A stretch of 54,562 nucleotides of DNA, filler included, from Sphacelaria rigidula (lineage: Eukaryota): NCBI GenBank assembly GCA_964200075.2. It is 3 parts of 3 records of this genome, joined end to end, with 100 filler letters (N's around TTAATTAATTAA, not from the genome) between each part and the next. Parts side by side here need not be neighbours in the genome. Positions count along the whole stretch, not along the records: positions 1 to 18,122 come from CAXNAA020000910.1; positions 18,223 to 36,342 come from CAXNAA020000911.1; 1 more part is not named here. The stretch is one strand, 5' to 3'. Below the pieces are notes generated by a model. It saw only the letters and a list, made by a program, of their open reading frames with translations, ran no database searches and had not been told where the DNA came from. Position 1 is the first letter of the stretch; each line of letters opens with the position of its first letter. Made by a program: the position numbers and the translations under genes. This document shows, piece after piece, positions 13,590-24,829 of this stretch.

Positions 13590-15250
13590 ACACAGGAAAT
13601 CTCCGGTAACCGTATTCGTTACACTTGATAGCAGTACAACACGATGCCCCGTGCGGAGAGTACAAAAAAGCGAGTCCTCCTTTCGTTGGCTGGGCGGAAG
13701 CCCCCCTGCATGCACATCCGGGCCGACTCACGACCATAAACCTAACGATATTTTTGTGCGACAGTAAATGAGTCTGTCTGTTCGCGGCAACTTCGCCGCG
13801 GCTGTCAACTTCATTGTGATCACGCCGAACATGTAGCTGGACCTGTTGTGAGGCAACACCAACGACGACAGCTCTCAGATACAGGTAACTTAGAGATGTA
13901 ATTCGAGTCGGGATGCGTACGTACCCGGTGGAAGACCGGAAAAATTGAGAGTACTTGCAGGCTCGCGGAAAAGAGACATTGACATACCAAACATTGTTTG
14001 CGGAGTTTGGTAGAACCATGGCTGCAAGGATGAGAAGGGGGCGAGAATCCCCCAGGGATGTTTTACCCGAACAGAACGTTTGAAAAGTCACCGTCGGAGT
14101 GACGGCAAGGAGAGACTCCTAACGTGCCTGCCCCCACGCATTGTGGGCGAAATCTAGGTGGAGAAGGAGACGAATTGGATTGGCCAGGAAAATCAGGCCC
14201 CGCTGACGTCAACGGGTCTGAGGTTGCTCCGACCAACGAAGATGACACATTCATGTAAGCTAGCCAACCGAAGTCGACTAGATACCATACCCGAAGCATG
14301 ATTAAACATCTCGAACGAGTGCAGTCTCCGAGAACGGGTGGCAACGTATCGCCGGGTTCGTATTGTCGTATTCTAATGTGCCGTTGTAACCAAACCGATG
14401 GATCTCAGGTCTTGCATCGGTCATCATCCTGCGGCTTTTCATTGGAAAGGTCGGAACTACCTCGACAAGATGCGCTGTGATCTTGGGTTCCTCACAGATG
14501 GGTCTCGATCGTGGGCTTCCTGTCAGATCTTTTCCGCTTGGTTGGGATTCTCCACAACCGCTAATCCTTTTTTGATTCCCCCAGAAGGCTATGACGTGTG
14601 CGAAGCACTGCAAGTTGAGCACGAGCAATCCCGTGAAAACGCTGCTTCGAGACGAACCGAGCGCCGCCGTGAAAGCTTATCGATATGTCCAGCGGGGTCC
14701 AATAAGCACGCTAGCGCCAGGCGCTCAAGTTCTGCACGAGCACCGCAAAGGGATCAGCTCGAGCTGAGCACAAACGACGGTGAGCAGAAGGATATTTACC
14801 CGCTTGTTGTTGGGTAGACTTTATAGTTATACGCCTCGTGATATAGGTATGGTGTAGCTGCTCACATACGGTTCCTGCTTTTCTTGTCTCTCGCTTTTGT
14901 CCATTTCACCCACCGTCCCCTGGCGTGCTTTCGCGTTCTTTCTCTGTCTCCTACCTCCTTCGAGTTTCTGGCGGAGAACTTCCGTTCTGTTCACCTGGGG
15001 TACGTCCATCTTGTGGATAATGACCATGACCGGGTTGACCCGTCGAAAATCAGTTAATGTGCGACAATCAATGAACAAAGTCGAACATTCAACATCCGGA
15101 GTGGCGTGTCCCAGATTCACGGCGCACAGCTGTGTTCGGGCACTCACGAATTGACGTCGGAACCCTTCCTTGCAACCTCACGTGAAGTTAGCCAGTGGGA
15201 TGACTCCACCCCGTTGCTTCTGGAACATCGAAATGACTGCCCAATATAAT
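13590..15250 (-). pseudogene. Decayed long reading frame of unknown protein
   Basis: ORF pieces 14827-15147, 14302-14628 and 13585-14091 lie in the same frame, separated by scattered stops. No family recognised. Confidence 0.35.
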
Positions 15251-16267
15251 TATAGGAATATATGTCATGGCTTCACCGATTCATCCGTCACGGGGCGTTA
15301 TGGAACCTGGTTTATTCTTGTCTGCTCCTCTTGTCCAACCTTCTACTGAAGGGCAGGATATCTTTGACGGAGGTATACTTGCAGGCACTACGTGCGCAGT
15401 TGACGCTCACGGCGACGTGGGCACAATCGATGGAGCTCGGCATAAGCGTGGATCACCGGAGGCCAGTACAGAGACTTCCACGGACGTGCTCCCGCTGGAT
15501 GATGACTTTTTGAGAGAGGTGAGGATACAGGAAAAAATGTCTTTGCTCATTGGAGCATGCTACCGGAATGGTCGTCATATCTGAAGATTCATGTGGTTAT
15601 CTTCCACGGGATTCAAGCCTTTCTTTGCTACTTATTGCAGTGCATCGGGTGTAGTGATAACAAGACCTGGGCCAAGAACGATGACACAGCACATCGCTGA
15701 TGACATTCAAGTAGTGACGCGTGGTGGAATGAAAAAATGCTCACTAGCTGGCACGTACTGTTACTTTCATGCGAGTTTACCGCGGGATCGCCCCCTTATG
15801 ATTTTTTGTAATTACGACACGTATACCAGAACATTCAGCTTGTTTGATGTACAAGTATCGATGATGGATTCAAACACATCTCGCCCGTATTGCAGTTTTC
15901 GACATGAAGACATGACTGGGTTGTTCACAGAAGAGAGCCGTCAGTCGAGTGTAGTGCCCACCTCGTTGTAACGACTTCGATTGGCGTTTACTATTTCGTT
16001 GCCAAATAACGACTTCATTCAGATACTTGATAGCAGCAAGACCCACTTCAGGTCGCAGCAAATGCTGACTATGGCTCGCATTGGTGCTGCTAGTTTCCTA
16101 CGATATAGCGCACAGCACATTCATCTCGTTGCCGTATATGACAGATATACGTGAACGTATACAAACAGCTCCGACAACTGCGAATACGCGTTCATCAGCC
16201 CTTGTTTCTTCTGCCGGTGGTGCTGTGTAGACGTCTTCGTTCAGTCTCGTAAAACAGCGATGGTTAG

Positions 16268-16539
16268 ACACTTTCTACAATAACCCCCCCCCGAAAACCC
16301 CCCAAAAAACAGCCCAAAAGTGTCATGAAACAAATGGCCAAACAGCGCCTGATATTTGGGTTCAGGCTGCATGAAGCGCCTCATTTTGGCGACATTGGCT
16401 AGAACGAACCCAACCGTGGGAATTCTCAGCTGGTCGTTGTGGTCGGGTTTTCCCATTTCGATTTCCACGAAGATTTTGCCTCCCAAAACCATGCACTTTT
16501 GTTTGGGGGGGGGGAGGGGGGCTGTCGTAAAAAGTGTCG
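16268..16539. mobile_element. Possible MITE with ~22-bp imperfect TIRs
   Basis: GACACTTTCTACAATAACCCCC at the left versus GACACTTTTTACGACAGCCCCC (reverse complement) at the right. Confidence 0.45.
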
Positions 16540-18072
16540 TCAACGCCATTCAACGAACGTCTGAGATGGCCGGGACTGCCAGCTATCCCTCCAAGCACTT
16601 TCGTATGTTCGATTCGATTCGAATGGTGGAGAGGGACGCCAGGAAATAGTTTGCTTCACCTAGACGGACACAGTTGTAATCCTCAATTGCACGAGACGTA
16701 CACGGTTGACCGATTTCCGGCAGCGGGAACTGAAAAGAATTGCGACGATGAAATAGACATCGGAGGGCTTCCCTCTTGCACCCGTCCTGTACGAGTCGGC
16801 GAAATTAAGTCACACGCTATTTCTGTGAAATGTTCCTATGCGAATGTAGCTGTGAGATCGTACTCCCCATAGCGTAAAGAAGTGAATCCCCCCGCCCCCA
16901 CCCCTCTCCTTACCGGCGTGGTTGGTGGATCGCCTGCCGGGCTGGCAAACGTTCTTGTCATGCATCGGAACAATTAATTAGGCTTCAAAATTGTTCACGG
17001 AAAAGACAAGGGTACACCGAAGCCGAGGATGCGATAGCACCGTCAATTGAATCCAAGGTTCACGAGCGATTAGGGACGCATCACCCGTCGCGTGGCGATA
17101 CTAGGCAAGATAACCATAATATATCCACCTCCAGCCTTTTGAATCTCCTGTTGCGTGACTAAGTGGAAAAAAGAAATGGTGACAAAGGGCAGCTCAAGTG
17201 TGTGAGCATTTTTTGTTTTTGTCGTGCACGTTGTCGTAAACCTCCGCCGATGAAGGTTGAAGATCATGCCGACGTGGATCTCTCATCCGGTGAAGAGGAA
17301 GAAGTGCGATGGGCGGTTGGCGGAACACTCGATACCCCCATTGTTCCCCCCTTACCGGAGTGTGTACTCAAACGGGCGGCAGCGGCGACTCTGGTGCTTG
17401 ACGCCGAGCCAGTCGGTAACAACCCGTTGTACATCCTTCACTGTTCAACAAATAGTACATACAGTACATTATTGGTGTAGTGTCTTGCTCCAATTCGTGT
17501 TCTTTCGGTCTGTCTACAACATCGAGTATTTCGCCATCCACGCACGCTTGCACGTGCCTGGGCCAGTCCTACCCAGGTCTGACATTTGTTTTGAGCTCCT
17601 TCTTTTTCTCGAAGACTGACGGGACCCTCGTGGAAAGGGTAGTCGTCGATGAGAAACATCGTATGGTGTGTGAGAAGCGAGGTTGATTCCAAGTTCCGGG
17701 AGAGGCTAAATTGACTCCCTGCCCCGTACGTTTCATCCAAGTGGTGTTGTGGCTAGAAGCCGGTCTAGTGCTAGTCAAGGCGCAGTCATTCGGCTGAGCA
17801 AAGCACTTTCTTCAACCACTATTCCACCTCAAGTCATTTGCGCCGTTTTTCATGACGCCACTGTCACCTGGTGACCAACCTGCCACGACTAGCTGGGCGC
17901 ATGCTAGACAGCCGTTCTCGTCAGCTTCTCGAGAACTCAGTGCGCACAAGGCTCATGTTGGAATCTCCAGCCTCCGCGATCTCGTCCAGGGTGAACGCAC
18001 TTACGGCACGGAGCTCTCGAGAGGGCTTACGAGGCAAGTTTTTCATCAGTAGCGCGCACTGGGGGTGGAGGG

Positions 18073-18122
18073 GGGGGGGGTGTACTCATGATCACACATG
18101 CTATAGTCATAAGACCATTGAC
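18073..18122 (+). mobile_element. Terminus of the (G)nTGTACTCATGATC family, truncated by an assembly gap
   Basis: GGGGGGGGTGTACTCATGATCACACATGCTATAGTCATAAGACCATTGAC matches the reverse complement of 24-72. Confidence 0.7.
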
Positions 18123-18222
18123 NNNNNNNNNNNNNNNNNNNNNNNNNNNNNNNNNNNNNNNNNNNNTTAATTAATTAANNNNNNNNNNNNNNNNNNNNNN
18201 NNNNNNNNNNNNNNNNNNNNNN
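18123..18222. other. Artificial scaffold linker N44-TTAATTAATTAA-N44
   Basis: Exactly 100 bp, a six-frame stop linker flanked by Ns; identical at 36343-36442. Confidence 0.98.
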
Positions 18223-18641
18223 CGGGTTCTCATCCTCAATCAAAAGCACCATCCTCAACATAGATGATTGGCTGTTTAAACCAGTGGAAAAAAATTCAAA
18301 AAAATCAACCTGGCCCACTTTCTTATTATGTTACTTATGCCTTATGGAGCGCCCACACAAGATTTCAATACCCAAACACCAAACGTGGGCCGGCATATAT
18401 ATGGCCTGCAAAATACTGTTCCGAATTTCTTCTGACCCTGTCACTATACGGCCCATTACACGGCCAATACTTGGAGTCGGACCCTGAAATGTGGTATGGG
18501 CAATGAGTAGGGCATAATAAAAAAAGTTACTGGCGTACACAAGCTTTTTTTATAATAAGTTAAATTAAGGGCAATAATTAGTTTTCAGATATCGGTAAAA
18601 TGCCCCTAACTCATGAAAAAAAAAACTCGTGCACGCCAGTA

Positions 18642-18717
18642 TTTTCTTTTTTTTCCCCTTACACTTTGAACCCCTCCCCTTTCTCGGGATGAGTCCGTGG
18701 TCTCAAGGGGTCAACCC
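18642..18717 (-). mobile_element. 5'-truncated retroposon 3' end with A-rich tail
   Basis: Reverse complement reads GAGACCACGGACTCATCCCGAGAAAGGGGAGGGGTTCAAAGTGTAAGGGG followed by an A-rich tail; nearly identical to the SINE tail at 38652-38707. Confidence 0.75.
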
Positions 18718-18719
18718 AT

Positions 18720-18873
18720 CTCTAACCCTAACCCTAACCCCAACCCCAACCCCAACGAAGACATACAGAGAACCCTCGCGCAAGGGAGGTGTAACGTGTT
18801 GCATAGGCAACGCGTGCGTTGCCAGACCTCAAATCGGCGCCCCAGGCGCCGAATTCGACAAAAACGCGTTCTG
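18720..18873 (+). repeat. Left arm of a long-range inverted repeat starting with CCCTAA telomere-like units
   Basis: Aligns with the reverse complement of 32250-32388 (CATAC.GAGAACCCTCG.GCAAG.GAGGTG, TAGGCAA, AGACCTCAAATC, GGCGCCGA, AAAAC.CGTTCTG). Confidence 0.8.
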
Positions 18874-21800
18874 CGCACGCTAGGAGCACGCCAGGAGCAT
18901 AGCGCCCTCCAAAGATCCGGATTTTGGTGTCCAGACTAAAATCCAACACTGCACCTGTCCACAAACCGGAAATTCCCGAGAACTATCCGTCAACTACCGA
19001 GTGGTAAAGTCTACTGATCAGGACTTCTTTCGAACAGCTGTGAAAATTACAGATTTCCATAGCACTTGTGCCTCCAAAAACAATCCAGGAAATTTTAATA
19101 TCGACACAGACCTTCGAGGCCCCCAACATTAAAACTCCTCTAGAGGATCACGAATACCCGAGATCCTCGAGGGGGGATTTTAAAACGGACGGAACCGGGG
19201 ATGACGTTTGAAAATTTCTCTACGAGGTAGCCGAATGGCCGCGTGTGTCTGTGTTGATCTTCCTCCGACATCGGCTGGTGTGCCCACATAATATGCCGAA
19301 ATGTGTAGACCGACGTGATGAACATATGGGACGACAACACACACAGTACTAACACGTAAACCATCCAAGAACTTGTCTTCCTCAGCTTTGAATCCCTGTA
19401 TACGCCTCATGCATGCTGCTCGCAAGGTGACCCATGCGGGGGGAAGGGTATATATCTAGGTCTGCCGTGATTGCGCCGCGCGTCCCGCTCATAATTCAGG
19501 CCTGTCCGAAGTAGGCCCGCATTGCTGCAGCACCCTCCGATCGCCCGGATATGCTTGAACATCGGACCGGACAAGGCATCACCATCTCAGCGGAGCTCCG
19601 AAGTATATGTCGGAGACTATCACAGCGGATTCCCCCAATATAATGTCGGTTATATAGCGTTTTCCCTCTTGATCACAACTGTAACTACTGTATCATCAGT
19701 ACCTCACCCTGAATGTGAAATTACGAAACGACTCTGATCAAAAGAAAAATGTTTCAGTACAAAATGCATATTTAGTTGTATTTTCCAAAAAAAAAGTCAA
19801 CCGGAGCGGCTGAGTGCTACATCATCCTCGGCGACGTCATCTTACAAAAGCGCGGTGCAGGCTGTATAATCGAATCGCTGTCTGGTTGCCCAAGAGCTCT
19901 TCACAACGGCGGGTATTTACGATATACAACGTAATTAGACGAATGTGAATTTGATAAATAAAGGATACTTTTCGCCGTGGGCAGGAGCAGGGAGACACTC
20001 GACAGCGTCGTGCTGTGAGTACAGCTGCCTTGTCTGTGCTACGGTTCCGGGATGGGGGGGAAAGATGCGTTTCACTGCTGCTGCAGTGGAGGGATCAGGC
20101 GGTTGGATAAGCATACTCTACTGTGGGGGTGAGTTTGTCCGACTTCACTTGTTGATTCTACAAACTGGTTTAATAAACATTGCACTGCAATAAGGGTAAC
20201 CGAACGATAAATATAAATCGACAATTTAGGCGGCACGCACTACCGTGGCTGCCCAGTTGTTGCACTCATGACATGGAACGTTCTGTGCTTATTGGCTTCT
20301 GCGACAATGACTATTTTTATTGCGACGCTAGAGCTTAACAAGCGAGCCTGTTGCTTCTACGATTCAGTTCTGTCGGAGCGCTGTCATCAGCCGTCCCGTA
20401 TTTCGTATTTGCGCCTGTTTAGTGTCACGGTTTTTAACACCCTCACCAAAAAAGAGACTTTCAGGGATCAACAGAATTGATCATGCGAGTGATCACGGAG
20501 TACATAACATTGCTCTAGAGTTTACATTCGTACCGATGTCGTCAACTAAATTCTACGCTGTTCTATGCACCACAGGGCACAAACTGGGGATTGACATGTT
20601 ATATCAGGTGGTATAGCAGATCCGATTATTTACCAACATGAAAACGTCATGATCCATTTTGGCTTCAAGCACCTCGTTCGGCAGTGTTACGCCTGGTGTT
20701 AGGATCACGTTTCCTACCACCCCCCCCCCCCGAAATCGAGACGCGGCGAAGTCAAAGAAGTGGACAAAGGGTAAGATCACAACGAAAGCGATACACAACT
20801 GTAATATGTATCTGAAGCTACGTTCTCATCGCAGTCTGGCCCAACTCTATCCGGTACAGCTCACAAACCAGCGATGGATACCCCTGAAAAAAGTTGGGGA
20901 TATTTGTACAAGCGAAAAAGTAATTTTCCAATATGCCCGTCCTTCACGCAACAGGGGGCTACTCACTACTGACGACTGCAAGGAAGCTGAAACTCCAGGG
21001 GGGGGTATAATGGGCTACTAGCCGCCGTTCAAGACAAGGAATTTTTAAATTGACTGTCGGGATAGTGCAGTATATGGGGTAGACGTTCTTCCCTTTACTT
21101 CAACTTTTTTTTCTTTGCGGCGAGGCTTCGCGCCACCTGAAACTGAAGGGCTGGTAGACATGCGTCTTAGCTACACAGAGTAACTCGAATCGTGTCTGGA
21201 GCTGCAGTGTGTACCGAAATATTGCCATCTCAGTGAAGAGCGTTCTTACATGTGAGATGCGGCGAAAAATAACATCCTACCTCCCATCACAGATGACATC
21301 CCGAATGAGCCGGCGGTAATTGCGCCGCGTTCAGTTCGTTTCAACTGTTGGGGGTATCCTCCCGCAGTGATGTATTTAACCATCAACATTATTTATTTGT
21401 ACGAAAGACGTGACAGACATCTGCGTGTCGTTGTCGCCGGACTGGCGATTTGCGCGTGTTGACGGGATCGCTGTGCAAGATATAACGCGCACGCACATAC
21501 TTGCTGCCGACTCGTCGTGTCTTTGGAACCGCCGATCATCAAAATTGAGGATCGAGCATTCCATTGATGATGATGTTCCGAAAGAATTAAAGCCTTCTCA
21601 TCCATAACAATTTGTCGAACTATGGTTCCATTCCTCCACCTCAGGTACCTATCGATAACTGACAAACGCCATGCAATTTTCGAATCCGATAACCGACATT
21701 TTGGGGTTAACGTGAAAAATCATATGTGGGGAATTTCGGTTACTGCGTCACGTAGATTCTCTAGAACTTTTATTTCGCAGAGGACCCCGAATATCCGGCC

Positions 21801-22480
21801 AGCGAGATCCAAGTATGAATGACATGAGGTAAATCAGGTTTGCCTCCAGCGTATAAAGGAATGCTACCATGTTTTGAAGATAGTTTTCCGTTTTCTCATC
21901 ATCAATGAAAAGCTTCATCCTCAAATTTCATGGTCGACCAACGGCGAGACTTGAACATTCCTAAATCAAAAGGGCGATACGGCGGTAAGGGGGTGGATGT
22001 TTGTTGCGGGGGGCAGATGGTTACATCGGTCGCCCGAATCGGTGCAGAAGAGAGTTCAGAAGGGAGTATGTGGAGGAGAAAGGGATGAACAAAATCCCTC
22101 GTGCATTTCTCCCAATGTTCAGCATATGATTCTCATCACCGGTTCTTGGCAGGCCGCAGGCTTAGGAAGACACCATCGGAACCAACCAACGTGCAGAGCT
22201 TATCCGCGTGTGGTTATCATGCTGCACAGTGTTCCAAAAGGTCAACTTCAGCATCATCGTTCGCTGCCGATTCATCTTTGGCGGCGACACCCTCGTGCGA
22301 TTCATATCAATGTATACAGTGTCGCAAAACCGGCGTTTTGGCCGAGGGCCTCGCCACGCTAGTCACCGTACACTTGTGCACCCAAGGGCGCGTCGCACCA
22401 TGCACTGAACACGTTCCCTACGCACACCAGGAACGGTATATGACTGCGTAATGGAGAGGTCAACCTCCACTATGACAGAT

Positions 22481-22605
22481 CTAGGCGTGCAACGTATCTA
22501 CGAAAAACATGCCTCCAAACTACCCAACAGAGTATCCGGTATTACATATCTAGACGTGCAAGGCATCTACAGAAAACATGCGTCGAATTCACCCAACCGA
22601 CTCGA
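22481..22605 (+). repeat. 69-bp-period (23-codon) tandem duplication
   Basis: CTAGGCGTGCAA at 22481 and CTAGACGTGCAA at 22550; translates LGVQRIYEKHASKLPNR / LDVQGIYRKHASNSPNR. Confidence 0.75.
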
Positions 22606-22832
22606 TCAAACGCGAAATCATCATCATGGCCGTAACCCGCTTCCGATGCCGAGTCCTCCTCCTCAGACCCGCTGCACTCTGAGTCTGATTCTCCAATCCT
22701 GATCCCGGCTAAAAGCTTACACTCGCCCTCTTTCGGTCGGTCTGGCCCGCCATCGCAACGATTGCGACCGGCGGTTACTGCTCCCGCATACAATCTCTTA
22801 CCCCCCGACCTCCCGCCGTGGCGCCGACATGA

Positions 22833-24040
22833 CTACCCATCAGAACTCCTAATTACCGCGGGCCCCGAACCCTTCGTCGCTTCATTCGCCTCGCCCCTTC
22901 CACGGCACGCAGTGGACTTACCCCTGCGGTGGTTCGCCGTGGATCCGCCCTTCCCATTACGGGGTCGGCGGCGCGCTCCGACATCTACTGCGGCGAGACC
23001 AGCTGTGGGAGTCGCGCCGGTCGGTGGGGAAGGAATCGGGGGCAAGAAGCAGCGGCCCTGGCAACCGTAGCTCAGGGTGCAGTTCCTCAAACACTTGAAT
23101 TTTTTGCATCGGTGACCACTGTTCCCCGCCTTTTCCGGGTTGTACGCACATCTGAGGGTTTTCACGTTCCCAGATGTATCAACGCACGTGTGACTTGACA
23201 GGTGGACAACTACGTTGTCCCATGTCAGCTTCACCTCCCCTCTGCTAGCCGCATTCACCCCACCCTTGTGATGAATATTTTTTTCCGGCTACACACCAAT
23301 TATGAGACCACGGCTGGACCCCTGGGGGGTCAGTTGAAGTGCGACAATCAGTCAAAGTCAATCACACCCCATCCCCGTCCGTTGAGGTTCACTACGGACA
23401 TCCCAACCCCAAGACCCCCCCGCCAGTATTCGAACACTGCATCAGAATTTTGCATGTGCTTCCTTCCTACAGGCATCCAAGTCTGGGCAGCAGCGGGAAG
23501 GCAAATGCCCGTGTACCGTGGTGATACAGAGGCGGATTTTGTTCACGAATGACTCCAAGTCCCGCCCACACGTTGGTGAAGAGAAGACCCGGGGCCGCGG
23601 CGACCTGCTCAAAAGCGTTTTCGAACTTGAAAAAAATACCGTGGCGGGTAACTTTACGCCCTCGTCGATATTATCCTTCGGGGTTTCGTCTTTTGTCTCC
23701 ACTATCGGTTTTGTGAAGAGATTTGGAGATCGCACGGCCTTCAGAACGAACTCCCACATCTTCAGGAAGGGAATGCCGGACACGCGCGGCAGGAAGTCAC
23801 AACCAGCCAACAGACAAACAGGGCCACCTGCACAGGTGGCGTCAGCCAAGCATACTGCCGTCGGGCGGCCACGCACCTGCGCTGCCGTCCTTCAGATCTA
23901 CGATCGCCCTGTACGTCCGATTCACCAGTATATACCGGGGGCCACCACTCAGGATGCGTTTGACAGTAACTTGCACTGTGTCGGTGCCCTGCGGCGGTAT
24001 CCACCCGGTGGACATAGCCAGAAGAATAATCGTTCTTTGC
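22833..24040 (-). pseudogene. AcademX-like transposon protein C-terminus: XPG/FEN-type nuclease (H3TH) plus Cys-rich zinc finger, frameshifted
   Basis: Ordered motifs across frames: TIILLAMS; SGGPRYILVNRTYRAI; VALFVC/LLAGCDFLPRVSGIPFLKMWEFV (from 23813); EGVKLPATVFF; FVNKIR; CPDLDACR/KHMQNSDAVFEYWRG...NGRGWG; EVKLTWD; LRCAY...HRCKKFKCLRNCTLSYGCQGRC. Confidence 0.65.
23266..23364 (+). mobile_element. 99-bp 5'-truncated non-LTR retroposon insertion with 10-bp TSD
   Basis: TSD CACCCCACCC (23256-23265) / CACCCCATCC (23365-23374). 3' end GAGACCACGG...GAAGTGCGAC followed by an (AATC/AGTC)-like tail. Splits the Academ-like frame at GWG|V. Confidence 0.75.
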
Positions 24041-24829
24041 GGAAGTAGCGGTGTCCGGCGCGAGAGTTTTCGGCGGCGGGCTGGCGGCGGTGGTCTGCCG
24101 GTCAAATTCAGCGGGTGCGCCAGGCGGGCGAGAGTAGGGAGGACCGGCGATGCCGCCGGTATCGGAAGCTGCGGCGGGCGGAGTTGTCAGCGACAGTGGT
24201 GTTGCAGGGGCATCCCTGCGGACATATATTGAGGTGTTGACTGGTGGGGGAGGACGCGAGGGGGCGGCCACGGCGATGAGGGCATCACGCGTGGATGTTG
24301 GCGCCATCGTGGGGGTTCGGTCGACTCCACCATCGTATCATGCGGCATTTTCAGGCTGCGAGGGGCGGGGAACAGCGGCGGCAAAAGCACGTCTGCCAGG
24401 TGCGGTGCCCCCCCACCTATCTCCTCATGACTCGCAACGCCGTCTGCTATGGTGGTGTCATGGCAGTGGGCCTAACCGGAGTATCCACAGCGCAGTCGGG
24501 CCCGGCATAGGTGAGGGAGAGATGCCCGCAGTCTGCTTCATCATCCACTCCGATAGGTTCTTCGAGAAGCAATTGACTCTGTCGATTCTCTTTCCCGCCG
24601 CCCGCCTGCCGCCGCCGCTGAGTTCGACTGGAAGACGGCCTCCGCCAGCCCGTCGCCGAGAACACTCTCGCCTGACACCGCCAACTCCACCTCCGTCGCC
24701 ACTGTTCTCCCCGGTGGCTCGGCCATCACCGCTTCCGCGTTCTATGGCCGGCTCGCATTATCTCACCCGCAGTCATCCACCCCGTCACATCCCTCTTCGT
24801 CTGCCATAACCGCCGCTGCTATGTCGCCC

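Noticed and set aside
18167-18178. TTAATTAATTAA palindrome repeated at 36387
   Set aside because: Artificial scaffolding linker inside N runs.
18721-18755. True telomere (also 43583, 45707)
   Set aside because: Only 2-3 CCCTAA units, internal, and part of repeat termini.
21400-21930. Possible Academ transposase core (YLMSFILGSRWPD, AVTEIPHI.FF, AWRLSV)
   Set aside because: Only a faint resemblance, and it lies downstream of the Cys finger, the wrong order. Worth including in a profile search but not supportable by eye.
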